From Pseudolabrys sp. (GTDB taxonomy: Bacteria; Pseudomonadota; Alphaproteobacteria; Rhizobiales; Xanthobacteraceae): a DNA stretch of 64,000 bases. The notes below the pieces were generated by a model. The model did not search any database and was not told where the DNA came from. It worked only from the letters and a program-made list of their open reading frames with translations. Within the stretch, counting starts at the first letter, position 1. Each line of letters starts with the position of its first letter. The stretch is taken from positions 3,636 to 67,635 of the forward strand of contig DATDLC010000138.1 of assembly GCA_036519515.1 (NCBI GenBank), in the 5' to 3' direction. Position numbers and translations under genes: made by a program. Positions 56,520 to 64,000 of this stretch are shown here, piece by piece.

Positions 56520-57120
56520 AAAAACTCCTTGGCGCCGCGAACCGGCGTGCGCGGCGGTTGGCTAACATACGGTCCGCATGGGAACAAGGACGGTATCGTG
56601 TTGTGTCGCGCGTGATTTCTCGAAGCCACTCCGTTCGGGTGAAGCCGCAGCAAGCCATTTCGAAAAAATGCCTCTCAAAGCGTGTTCGTGTCGCGGGGTC
56701 GTTCAGGTCGCGCGGGTCCTGGATCTGATGCCACTGCTCGGGCGCAAGATCGATCACACCGTCACTGTGACGCCTCGCCGCGTCGGTATCGAATATGGTG
56801 GTGGCGGCGCGTCGCAGCGACGGCAGCAGCAGAAGCAAAGCCAGAAGGTCGGTGATAAAGCCCGGAACTAACGGCAGAATCCCGGCTAGGAGCGTCAGGC
56901 CACCGGAACTATCGGCCCGCAAAACGGTGAAATTTCCGTGGTCTAAGGCGACACGGAGGCGCTCAACGTGCCGAAGAATGAGCAGTCCGGCCAGCGAGCC
57001 CGCCAGTACCAGACCCAAAGCCCAGCCGAAACCAATGAACGCCGACACCGCTATAAATGCCGCCAGTTCCATGAGGGGCAGCACCAGCAACATGGACAGC
57101 AACCATTTTGCCACATTCAT
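56329..57120 (-). CDS. fxsA: FxsA family membrane protein (3' end reads through into secB; the true end is probably near 56690)
   Basis: LPLMELA, PGFITD and GVIDL motifs; conserved position between secB and tim44. Confidence 0.75.
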   Translation of the reverse strand: MNVAKWLLSMLLVLPLMELAAFIAVSAFIGFGWALGLVLAGSLAGLLILRHVERLRVALDHGNFTVLRADSSGGLTLLAGILPLVPGFITDLLALLLLLPSLRRAATTIFDTDAARRHSDGVIDLAPEQWHQIQDPRDLNDPATRTRFERHFFEMACCGFTRTEWLREITRDTTRYRPCSHADRMLANRRARRFAAPRSFYDDDDEWRSGSSGGAGRAAAAHRGVTIYQRLFLRESERTAVAHVASGASANRYSDQRRRKSDL

Positions 57121-57168
57121 CGGTGTTTCTCGGCCGGTGATGTTGGCCTAGGCCGCCTGATCGTCTAA

Positions 57169-57214
57169 GGTTCGGTTAAGTGAGTTGAATTGGTTCGGTC
57201 AAGTGAGTTGAATT
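57169..57214. repeat. 23-bp tandem direct repeat
   Basis: GGTTCGGT(T/C)AAGTGAGTTGAATT x2, 22 of 23 positions identical. Confidence 0.9.
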
Positions 57215-57367
57215 GCGCCGAGCTTCTGGCGCGATCCGGCCCTTAGCTGGTGCCACCACCGGCGGATGCAAGAGCGGTGTGGGGCCGGCCACTCCGTCGT
57301 CCGGCAGGCGAGGGCGAAAACGCTAATCGGCCGATGCGCCGTTACTGCAGCCGAAAGCATGCGAGAC

Positions 57368-58075
57368 GTGTTCGATATCTACACCATCATTTTCTTAGCG
57401 CTCGCAGTGTTCATTTTCCTGCGGTTGCGTAGCGTGCTCGGCCAACGGACCGGCCGCGAGCGCCCGCCGTATGATCCTTACTCCGCGCGCGAGCCAGTTC
57501 GACCCGCGGCCGAAAAAGTCGTCTCGTTGCCCAATCGCACAGCGGACACCGTTGTACCTAAGCCGGCCGAACCGACCGATGTTTCTGGTGAGCGTTGGAA
57601 GGGGATTGCCGAGCCCGGCTCAACCGTCGCAGCCGGCCTCGATGCGATTACCGCCGCGGATCCAAATTTTGATGCGCAACATTTCCTGACCGGGGCCCGG
57701 GCGGCTTATGAAATGATCGTCAATGCTTACGCCGAGGGCGACCGGCGCAGCTTGAAGAATTTGCTCGCACGCGAAGTGTATGATGGATTCGAAGCTGCGA
57801 TCAGCGAGCGCGAAAAGCGCGGCGAGACGGTGGAAAGCCGTTTTGTGTCGATCGACAATGCTGACATCACTGGAGCCGAACTGCGCGGGCGCAACGCGCA
57901 AGTCACCGTTCGCTTTCAGTCAAAGCTTGTTTCAGTGACACGCGACAAAGAAGGCAACGTTATTGACGGCAATGCTGAGCGGGTAACCGATATCACTGAC
58001 ATTTGGACATTTGCGCGCGACGTAAGTTCACGCGATCCAAATTGGAAGCTGCTCGCAACGGAGGCCGGGCAATAG
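57368..58075 (+). CDS. Tim44/TimA family adaptor protein
   Basis: LRSVLGQRTG, FLTGARAAYEMI and DIWTFAR...DPNWKL motifs. Confidence 0.92.
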   Translation: MFDIYTIIFLALAVFIFLRLRSVLGQRTGRERPPYDPYSAREPVRPAAEKVVSLPNRTADTVVPKPAEPTDVSGERWKGIAEPGSTVAAGLDAITAADPNFDAQHFLTGARAAYEMIVNAYAEGDRRSLKNLLAREVYDGFEAAISEREKRGETVESRFVSIDNADITGAELRGRNAQVTVRFQSKLVSVTRDKEGNVIDGNAERVTDITDIWTFARDVSSRDPNWKLLATEAGQ

Positions 58076-58077
58076 GC

Positions 58078-59343
58078 ATGCCGCGCACGAGCCTTTGCTC
58101 ACTCGCTAAATTCGGATTGGGTCTCTGCTTCGTCGCGGCCGCGTGCGCGCCGGCGGACGCGCTCAGTGTGCGCAATGCCAAATTGGAGATGCTCTCGTTT
58201 TCCGTGCTAGACGGCTGGCGGGACGATGACCAAGCCGCCGCCTTCGCCACATTCCTGAACAGCTGTCGCGCGATCGTGAACGCAAACAAGACAATGCGTT
58301 CGGCACGACCGATTTTGGGCGGGTTGTTCAAGGCGTGCGAACGTGCGGTAGCCGCTGGTCAACTTGATCGTGACCAGGCGCGGGCGTTCTTCGAGAGCAA
58401 TTTCAAGCCGGTACGGGTCATGCCGGGAGGTCAGCCCGAAGGGTTCTTTACTGGGTACTACGAAACAGAGGTGGATGGCTCGCGCTTTCCAAGCGATGAA
58501 TACACGGTGCCGATTTACGCCGCGCCGGCTGAAACAGTAAGGCGCAAGAAAAGCAAGGTGTTTGCTGATCTCGATCGCAGCAGGATTGAAGACGGTGCGC
58601 TGGCCGGAAAAGACCTGGAGATTTGCTACGTCAAGAGTTCGATTGACGCGTTCTTTGCGCAGATCCAAGGCTCTACGCGGGTCAAGCTCGATAACGGCAA
58701 GCTCCTGCGCCTCAACTATATTGCGAGCAACGGCATGCCCTATACGCCGGTCGGAAAATATTTGATCGACCGAGGCATCGTTTCCAAGGAAGAAATGTCG
58801 ATGGACAAGATCCGCGACTTTATGGAAGCGAACCCGGAAGAGGGCCAAGCGTTGCGCCGCAAAAACCGATCATTCGTCTTCTTCCAGGAAACGCCATTGC
58901 GTGCGAGCGACGAATGCATCGGCGCGCAAGGTGTTCCGCTCACTGCTGGGCGCTCGCTGGCGGTGGACAAGCGCATCCACGTTTATGGGACCCCGATCTG
59001 GGTGGAAGCCCATTTGCCGATCGAGAGCGAAAAGCCCGAAACCAGATTCCGCCGCTTGTTGTTCGCACAAGATACAGGTTCTGCTATCGTCGGGCCGGCG
59101 CGGGCCGATATTTATTTCGGGCACGGCGAAGAGATCAGTCATATTGCGGGTCGCATCAAGCAATTCGGGCAATTCGTCATGCTGGTGCCTCAGAACGTGC
59201 CTGTTGGCGGCACCGCGATTGCGGCCTCCAAGGATATCCCGCTTCCGAAACCGCGCCCGGCAATGGTTGTCACTGCCGCTGCGCGAACGAGCACGCCAGC
59301 AACGGCGAACGTGCCGGCGCCCCGACCCAAGCCACGCCCCTGA
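58078..59343 (+). CDS. mltA: Membrane-bound lytic transglycosylase A
   Basis: FTGYYE, QIQGS, SLAVD and AQDTGSAI.G..RAD motifs. Confidence 0.93.
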   Translation: MPRTSLCSLAKFGLGLCFVAAACAPADALSVRNAKLEMLSFSVLDGWRDDDQAAAFATFLNSCRAIVNANKTMRSARPILGGLFKACERAVAAGQLDRDQARAFFESNFKPVRVMPGGQPEGFFTGYYETEVDGSRFPSDEYTVPIYAAPAETVRRKKSKVFADLDRSRIEDGALAGKDLEICYVKSSIDAFFAQIQGSTRVKLDNGKLLRLNYIASNGMPYTPVGKYLIDRGIVSKEEMSMDKIRDFMEANPEEGQALRRKNRSFVFFQETPLRASDECIGAQGVPLTAGRSLAVDKRIHVYGTPIWVEAHLPIESEKPETRFRRLLFAQDTGSAIVGPARADIYFGHGEEISHIAGRIKQFGQFVMLVPQNVPVGGTAIAASKDIPLPKPRPAMVVTAAARTSTPATANVPAPRPKPRP

Positions 59344-59347
59344 GACC

Positions 59348-59896
59348 ATGAGTTCCGGCGACGGCAAACGGCGTCGCGTTCTTTCCCCCGAGGAACGTGT
59401 GTTGTGGACCACGGTAACGAGAACGATTGCGCCGATGCGGGAGACTGCGCCTGGCGAATACGAAGTGAAGCACGGATCAGCGACTGCTCGGCCGGCTGCG
59501 CCCGCAGTCCGATCTGCATCGATCCCGCGACCAATTCCGGAGAAGAAGCCGCTCCCCCCGCTGACGTCACTCGGCCGCAGGGCGAAACAACGCGTTGCGC
59601 GCGGCAAGGAACCGATCGATGGGCGCCTCGATTTGCACGGGCTGACGCAGCGCGAAGCTCACGCTACTTTGTTGCGCTTCCTGAGTGCGGCGAGTTCGCG
59701 CGGCGCCCGGTTGGTCCTGGTCATCACCGGGAAAGGCACCGGCCAAAGTGAGCGGGGCATCCTCAAGCGGCAGGTGCCGCACTGGCTGGGCCTGCCGGAA
59801 TTTCGTGCGTGCGTTGTCGGGTTCGAGGAGGCGCACATCACCCACGGGGGCGAGGGCGCACTTTACGTTCGGATACGGCGATCAAGTAGGGCCTGA
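59348..59896 (+). CDS. Smr/MutS2 C-terminal domain protein
   Basis: LDLHG, VITGKG and HGGEGALYV motifs. Confidence 0.92.
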   Translation: MSSGDGKRRRVLSPEERVLWTTVTRTIAPMRETAPGEYEVKHGSATARPAAPAVRSASIPRPIPEKKPLPPLTSLGRRAKQRVARGKEPIDGRLDLHGLTQREAHATLLRFLSAASSRGARLVLVITGKGTGQSERGILKRQVPHWLGLPEFRACVVGFEEAHITHGGEGALYVRIRRSSRA

Positions 59897-59903
59897 AGTC
59901 GGA

Positions 59904-61211
59904 TTAAAGAATAAATCGACTCAGGTCTGCGTTCTTGGCCAGGTCCCCAATATGCTTCTGCACGTAGTCGGCGTCGATCTTGACCGTCTCACCCGAGCGG
60001 TCTGGCGCTGCAAATGACACTTCGTCGAGGACACGCTCCATCACCGTTTGAAGCCGGCGAGCACCGATGTTCTCGACACTGGCATTTACGGCAACAGCAA
60101 TGTCGGCGATGGCATCGATGGCGTCCTCAGTGAATTCGAGCTTCACGCCCTCGGTGTCCAACAGCGCCACATATTGTTTGATCAGCGAGGCTTCCGGCTC
60201 GGTGAGAATACGGCGGAGATCATCGCGGGTAAGCGCTTTGAGCTCCACGCGGATTGGCAGGCGGCCTTGCAATTCGGGTAACAAGTCCGATGGCTTGGAG
60301 ATGTGAAAAGCACCGGAAGCAATGAACAGAATGTGGTCGGTCTTTACCGGCCCGTGCTTGGTATTCACGGTGGTTCCTTCGATTAGGGGCAATAGATCCC
60401 GCTGCACGCCCTCGCGCGACACGTCAGCACCACGCAAGCCTTCGCGGCCGGCGATCTTGTCGATCTCATCCAGAAAAACGATGCCATTCTGTTCGACGGC
60501 GCGGATCGATTCCTGAACCAGCTGATCATTGTCGAGCAGCTTGTCGGATTCTTCGTTGATCAAGATGTCGTAGGATTCCTCGACGGTGACACGACGTGTC
60601 TTGGTGCGGCCACCGCCGAGCTTTCCGAAAATGTCGCCGATATTGATCGCGCCCATTTGCGCGCCGGGCATGCCGGGAATTTCAAACATCGGCATGCTGG
60701 CACCGCCGGCCTGCACCTCGATTTCGATTTCCTTGTCGTTGAGCTCGCCTTCACGCAGCTTCTTGCGGAAACTCTCGCGCGTTGCCGGACTTGCACCGGG
60801 CCCGACGAGGGCACTCAACACGCGTTCTTCAGCCGACTGCTCGGCGCGCGCCTGCACGTCCTTGCGTTTTCTTTCGCGGACTAGCGCGATGCCGATCTCG
60901 ACGAGATCACGGACGATCTGTTCAACGTCGCGTCCAACGTATCCGACTTCCGTAAACTTGGTCGCCTCAACTTTGAGAAACGGCGCGCCGGCAAGCTTGG
61001 CGAGGCGCCGGGAAATCTCGGTTTTACCGACACCCGTCGGCCCGATCATCAGAATATTTTTCGGCAGGACTTCTTCACGGAGTTTTTCATCGAGCTGCAG
61101 ACGCCGCCAGCGATTGCGCAGCGCAATGGCAACCGCGCGTTTGGCGTCGCCTTGGCCGACAATGTAGCGATCAAGTTCGGATACGATTTCACGCGGAGAG
61201 AAGTCGGTCAT
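59904..61211 (-). CDS. hslU: ATP-dependent protease ATPase subunit HslU
   Basis: [17 protein letters not shown] and ENIGARRL motifs. Confidence 0.98.
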   Translation of the reverse strand: MTDFSPREIVSELDRYIVGQGDAKRAVAIALRNRWRRLQLDEKLREEVLPKNILMIGPTGVGKTEISRRLAKLAGAPFLKVEATKFTEVGYVGRDVEQIVRDLVEIGIALVRERKRKDVQARAEQSAEERVLSALVGPGASPATRESFRKKLREGELNDKEIEIEVQAGGASMPMFEIPGMPGAQMGAINIGDIFGKLGGGRTKTRRVTVEESYDILINEESDKLLDNDQLVQESIRAVEQNGIVFLDEIDKIAGREGLRGADVSREGVQRDLLPLIEGTTVNTKHGPVKTDHILFIASGAFHISKPSDLLPELQGRLPIRVELKALTRDDLRRILTEPEASLIKQYVALLDTEGVKLEFTEDAIDAIADIAVAVNASVENIGARRLQTVMERVLDEVSFAAPDRSGETVKIDADYVQKHIGDLAKNADLSRFIL

Positions 61212-61687
61212 GCGTTGCGTACCATTAGGAGAGAACGTCCATCGGGCGTGTCGACGAGGCGATCTTTTTGAAAACCCGCTTTTTCGTATGCGCGAATAGC
61301 GCGTGCATTCGCGGGATCCGGATCTGTAACGATGCGTGGTGTTCCCGCCGTCAGCAGGCGGTCGATGAAAGAGCGAATAAAAGCGGAGCCGTGGCCGCAA
61401 TCGAGCATGTCAACCTCGCCGATGAATTGATCAATTCCGCGCGTTCCTGCGGGCTGCATCCCAAAGCAGCAATTGTCCCAGGATTTGGGATCGTAGCATT
61501 GCAGATAGCCGAAAGGGCGAGCGCCGCTGGTTACAATGAACTGGTCCATGGCCGGTTCATCGAGATCGCCTCGGACGAGATCGAATTGCTGCTCAGCTTC
61601 GCCCCACCATCTTACGACGTGCGGCTCGCCGAGCCAGCGCCGAACCAGCGGCAAGTGGTCGGCGGTCATGGGACGAAACTCGTACAT
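61208..61687 (-). CDS. GNAT acetyltransferase, AAC(6')-Ib-like
   Basis: [18 protein letters not shown] and [19 protein letters not shown] motifs. Confidence 0.88.
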   Translation of the reverse strand: MYEFRPMTADHLPLVRRWLGEPHVVRWWGEAEQQFDLVRGDLDEPAMDQFIVTSGARPFGYLQCYDPKSWDNCCFGMQPAGTRGIDQFIGEVDMLDCGHGSAFIRSFIDRLLTAGTPRIVTDPDPANARAIRAYEKAGFQKDRLVDTPDGRSLLMVRNA

Positions 61688-61702
61688 GCAACGACGATGT
61701 TG

Positions 61703-62254
61703 TCAGGCCTTCAACGTCTCGACGGTGACGTTGCGGTTGGTGAACACACAAATTTCGGCTGCGATATCGAGCGACCTGCGGACGATGGCCTCCGCATCGA
61801 GTGGTCCGTCGAGCAAAGCGCGGGCCGAGGCAAGCGCGTAGTTGCCGCCGGAACCGATGCCCATGACCCCGTTCTCCGGCTCCAGCACGTCGCCAGTCCC
61901 GGTAAGGACCAATGACACGTTGGCGTCGGCGACGATCATCATGGCTTCGAGGCGACGCAGATAGCGATCGGTGCGCCAATCTTTCGCGAGCTCGACGGCG
62001 GCGCGGGTCAACTGCCCCGGGTATTGTTCGAGCTTGCCTTCCAAGCGCTCAAACAGGGTAAATGCGTCTGCGGTGGCGCCGGCGAAGCCGCCAATCACGT
62101 CGCCCTTGCCGAGTCGGCGTACCTTCTTGGCATTGGATTTGACGATGGTCTGGCCGATCGAAACCTGTCCGTCTCCGCCGATAACGACGCTGCCGTCCTT
62201 GCGGACAGTTAAAATGGTCGTGCCGTGCCAGGCGGGAAGTTCGTTCGGTGACAT
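61703..62254 (-). CDS. hslV: ATP-dependent protease peptidase subunit HslV
   Basis: [15 protein letters not shown] and GSGGNYA motifs. Confidence 0.97.
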   Translation of the reverse strand: MSPNELPAWHGTTILTVRKDGSVVIGGDGQVSIGQTIVKSNAKKVRRLGKGDVIGGFAGATADAFTLFERLEGKLEQYPGQLTRAAVELAKDWRTDRYLRRLEAMMIVADANVSLVLTGTGDVLEPENGVMGIGSGGNYALASARALLDGPLDAEAIVRRSLDIAAEICVFTNRNVTVETLKA

Positions 62255-62379
62255 GCGCTTAAAACCCCCGAGACCAACGACATTTAGGTATGACGTTGCG
62301 CATTTGCAAACCATTCGCAACGCCTGTGGCGAATCCGGCAAACGCCTGATAAAAGGCGCGCGAACAAAGGATATTCGCC

Positions 62380-62973
62380 ATGCGCAAGGGCGCCGTAAAG
62401 CGCAAGACCAAGGAAACCGACGTCGAGGTTGCTGTCGATCTCGACGGAGCCGGCCGCGCATCAGTCGCGACCGGCATCGGGTTCCTCGATCATATGCTCG
62501 ACTTGCTGGCCCGTCATTCGCGAATTGATATTACCGTCAAAGCAAAGGGCGATCTGCACATCGACCAGCATCACACGACGGAGGATGTCGCTATTGCCCT
62601 CGGTCAGGCGGTGAAGCAGGCACTCGGCGATATGAAGGGGATCACGCGCTACGCCGATGTGCACGTGCCGATGGACGAGGCGCTGACGCGGGTTGCGATC
62701 GACATTTCGGGTCGTCCTTTTCTTGTGTTCAAGGCCGAGTTCGTACGCGACAAAGTTGGTGAATTCGATACCGAGCTGGTGCAGGAATGGTTTCAAGCTT
62801 TTGCCATGAATGCGGGCGTCACGCTGCATGCAGAAACCTTGTACGGCAGCAACGATCACCATATAGCCGAGTCGTGCTTCAAGGGCCTGGCGCGTGCCCT
62901 TCGAACGGCCGTGGCCATCGATCCGCACGCCAAGGACGAAATACCCTCCACGAAGGGTTCGCTCGGCGGGTGA
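62380..62973 (+). CDS. hisB: Imidazoleglycerol-phosphate dehydratase
   Basis: [14 protein letters not shown] and NDHHIAE motifs. Confidence 0.97.
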   Translation: MRKGAVKRKTKETDVEVAVDLDGAGRASVATGIGFLDHMLDLLARHSRIDITVKAKGDLHIDQHHTTEDVAIALGQAVKQALGDMKGITRYADVHVPMDEALTRVAIDISGRPFLVFKAEFVRDKVGEFDTELVQEWFQAFAMNAGVTLHAETLYGSNDHHIAESCFKGLARALRTAVAIDPHAKDEIPSTKGSLGG

Positions 62974-63096
62974 TTCCTGACGGCCGAGACACCGACACAG
63001 GATGAGAGACAAGGTCTGCTGCTATATTGCCGGATTCAATGACTACGAGACGTCCTGCTTTCGGGCGGCAGGACTGCGGCACACAGGACCAATGAA

Positions 63097-63603
63097 ATGC
63101 CTACTTATACCGTTCACGCACCGCCACCGCGTCACGGCGAAACAATGAGCGCTCTGGAGCGCTTCGTGTTCGTGCGCGATGGTTTTTACTTTTGGGCTTT
63201 CCTGCTGGCTCCACTCTGGTTGCTCTTGCACGGCCTCTGGCTTGCCTTGGTAATGTATGTCGTCGGCTATGGAATAATCACTGGTGGGCTCGCCGTCCTG
63301 CATGCCTCGGCGAATGCGCAATTCCTGGTCGGCCTGTTGATCGCCTTGTTCGTCGGGTTCGAAGCGCCAAGCATTTGGCGCTGGACTTTGGGACGCCGCG
63401 GGTGGACCACGCTCGGCTTCGTCGTCGGCGAGGACACAGAGATCGCCGAGCAGCGTTTCTTCTCCGAATGGACCAGGCGCGCAGCGAGTTCGCCTCCGCC
63501 GGTATCTTCGTCCGACTCCGGGCATGTGGTACCGGTGCGGCGTGGACCCCCGTCGCCGTCCGATGTCATCGGACTGTTTCCCGAGCCGGGAGCTCAACGA
63601 TGA
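63097..63603 (+). CDS. DUF2628 family membrane protein
   Basis: YTVHAP, FVRDGF..WAF and AEQRFF motifs; located between hisB and hisH. Confidence 0.8.
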   Translation: MPTYTVHAPPPRHGETMSALERFVFVRDGFYFWAFLLAPLWLLLHGLWLALVMYVVGYGIITGGLAVLHASANAQFLVGLLIALFVGFEAPSIWRWTLGRRGWTTLGFVVGEDTEIAEQRFFSEWTRRAASSPPPVSSSDSGHVVPVRRGPPSPSDVIGLFPEPGAQR

Positions 63604-64000
63604 GTGGCGTTGCTATCGTCGACTATGGGTCGGGCAATCTGCATTCGGCCGCAAAGGCTTTCGAACACGCGGCGCGTGAAAGCGGTTTCGAAGAACGAAT
63701 CACCGTTACCAGCGATCCCGATGTGGTCACGCGCGCCGACCGAATCGTGCTGCCTGGCGTCGGCGCATTTGCCGATTGCCGTCGCGGGCTCGACGAAATT
63801 CCGGGCATGGTCGATGCGCTTGAACAGAGCGTTCGGAAAAAAGGCAGGCCGTTCTTCGGTATCTGCGTCGGGATGCAATTGATGGCGCAGTGTGGCCGCG
63901 AATATAAGGTAACGCCGGGCCTGGGTTGGATTGCCGGGGAAGTCGATCGCATCAGGCCATCGAATCCGGATTTGAAAATTCCGCATATGGGCTGGAACAC
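63600..64000 (+). CDS. hisH: Imidazole glycerol phosphate synthase subunit HisH (partial, runs off the window)
   Basis: [23 protein letters not shown] and KIPHMGWN motifs; ATGA overlap with the upstream gene. It is absent from the ORF track because no stop falls in the window. Confidence 0.95.
   Translation, partial: MSGVAIVDYGSGNLHSAAKAFEHAARESGFEERITVTSDPDVVTRADRIVLPGVGAFADCRRGLDEIPGMVDALEQSVRKKGRPFFGICVGMQLMAQCGREYKVTPGLGWIAGEVDRIRPSNPDLKIPHMGWN

Noticed and set aside
57169-57214. Tandem 23-mer considered as a mini-CRISPR
   Set aside because: There is no spacer between the units and no cas genes.

Overview
This is a GC-rich alphaproteobacterial chromosome segment (Hyphomicrobiales; gene order resembles Nitrobacteraceae/Xanthobacteraceae) spanning the probable replication origin. 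The core is a conserved housekeeping backbone: tRNA-Gly, a PrdX-like editing protein, ybbN/cnoX, a Lon N-domain protein, Trm112, a ubiquinone hydroxylase, tesB, tandem glnK-amtB x2, aminotransferase-ftsK, lolA, xth, a CenR-like regulator, yggS, leuS-lptE-holA, parB-parA-rsmG-mnmG-mnmE with two parS sites, rho-hemJ-hemE, putative oriC, kinase/pyrophosphorylase-maf-coaE-dnaQ, secB, fxsA, tim44-mltA-smr, hslVU and hisB-hisH. Two accessory blocks interrupt it (about 26.3-35.4 kb and 41.5-49.8 kb), and several of their genes are broken by indels, stop codons and apparent internal deletions. I see no CRISPR array, transposase, integrase ORF or phage gene, and I cannot show a clearly new multi-gene system. 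The best leads are: (1) an in-frame, AT-rich 96-bp segment inside mnmE, bounded by a 10-bp direct repeat and carrying two CtrA-like boxes upstream of parS and mnmG-parAB; (2) selective decay of accessory genes; (3) an att-like junction at the tRNA-Gly 3' end; (4) a racemase homologue lacking both canonical cysteines; (5) an AAC(6')-like GNAT coupled into hslVU; (6) a LuxR-like operator pair that survives next to its pseudogenised regulator. All family assignments come from motif recognition only; no searches were run.
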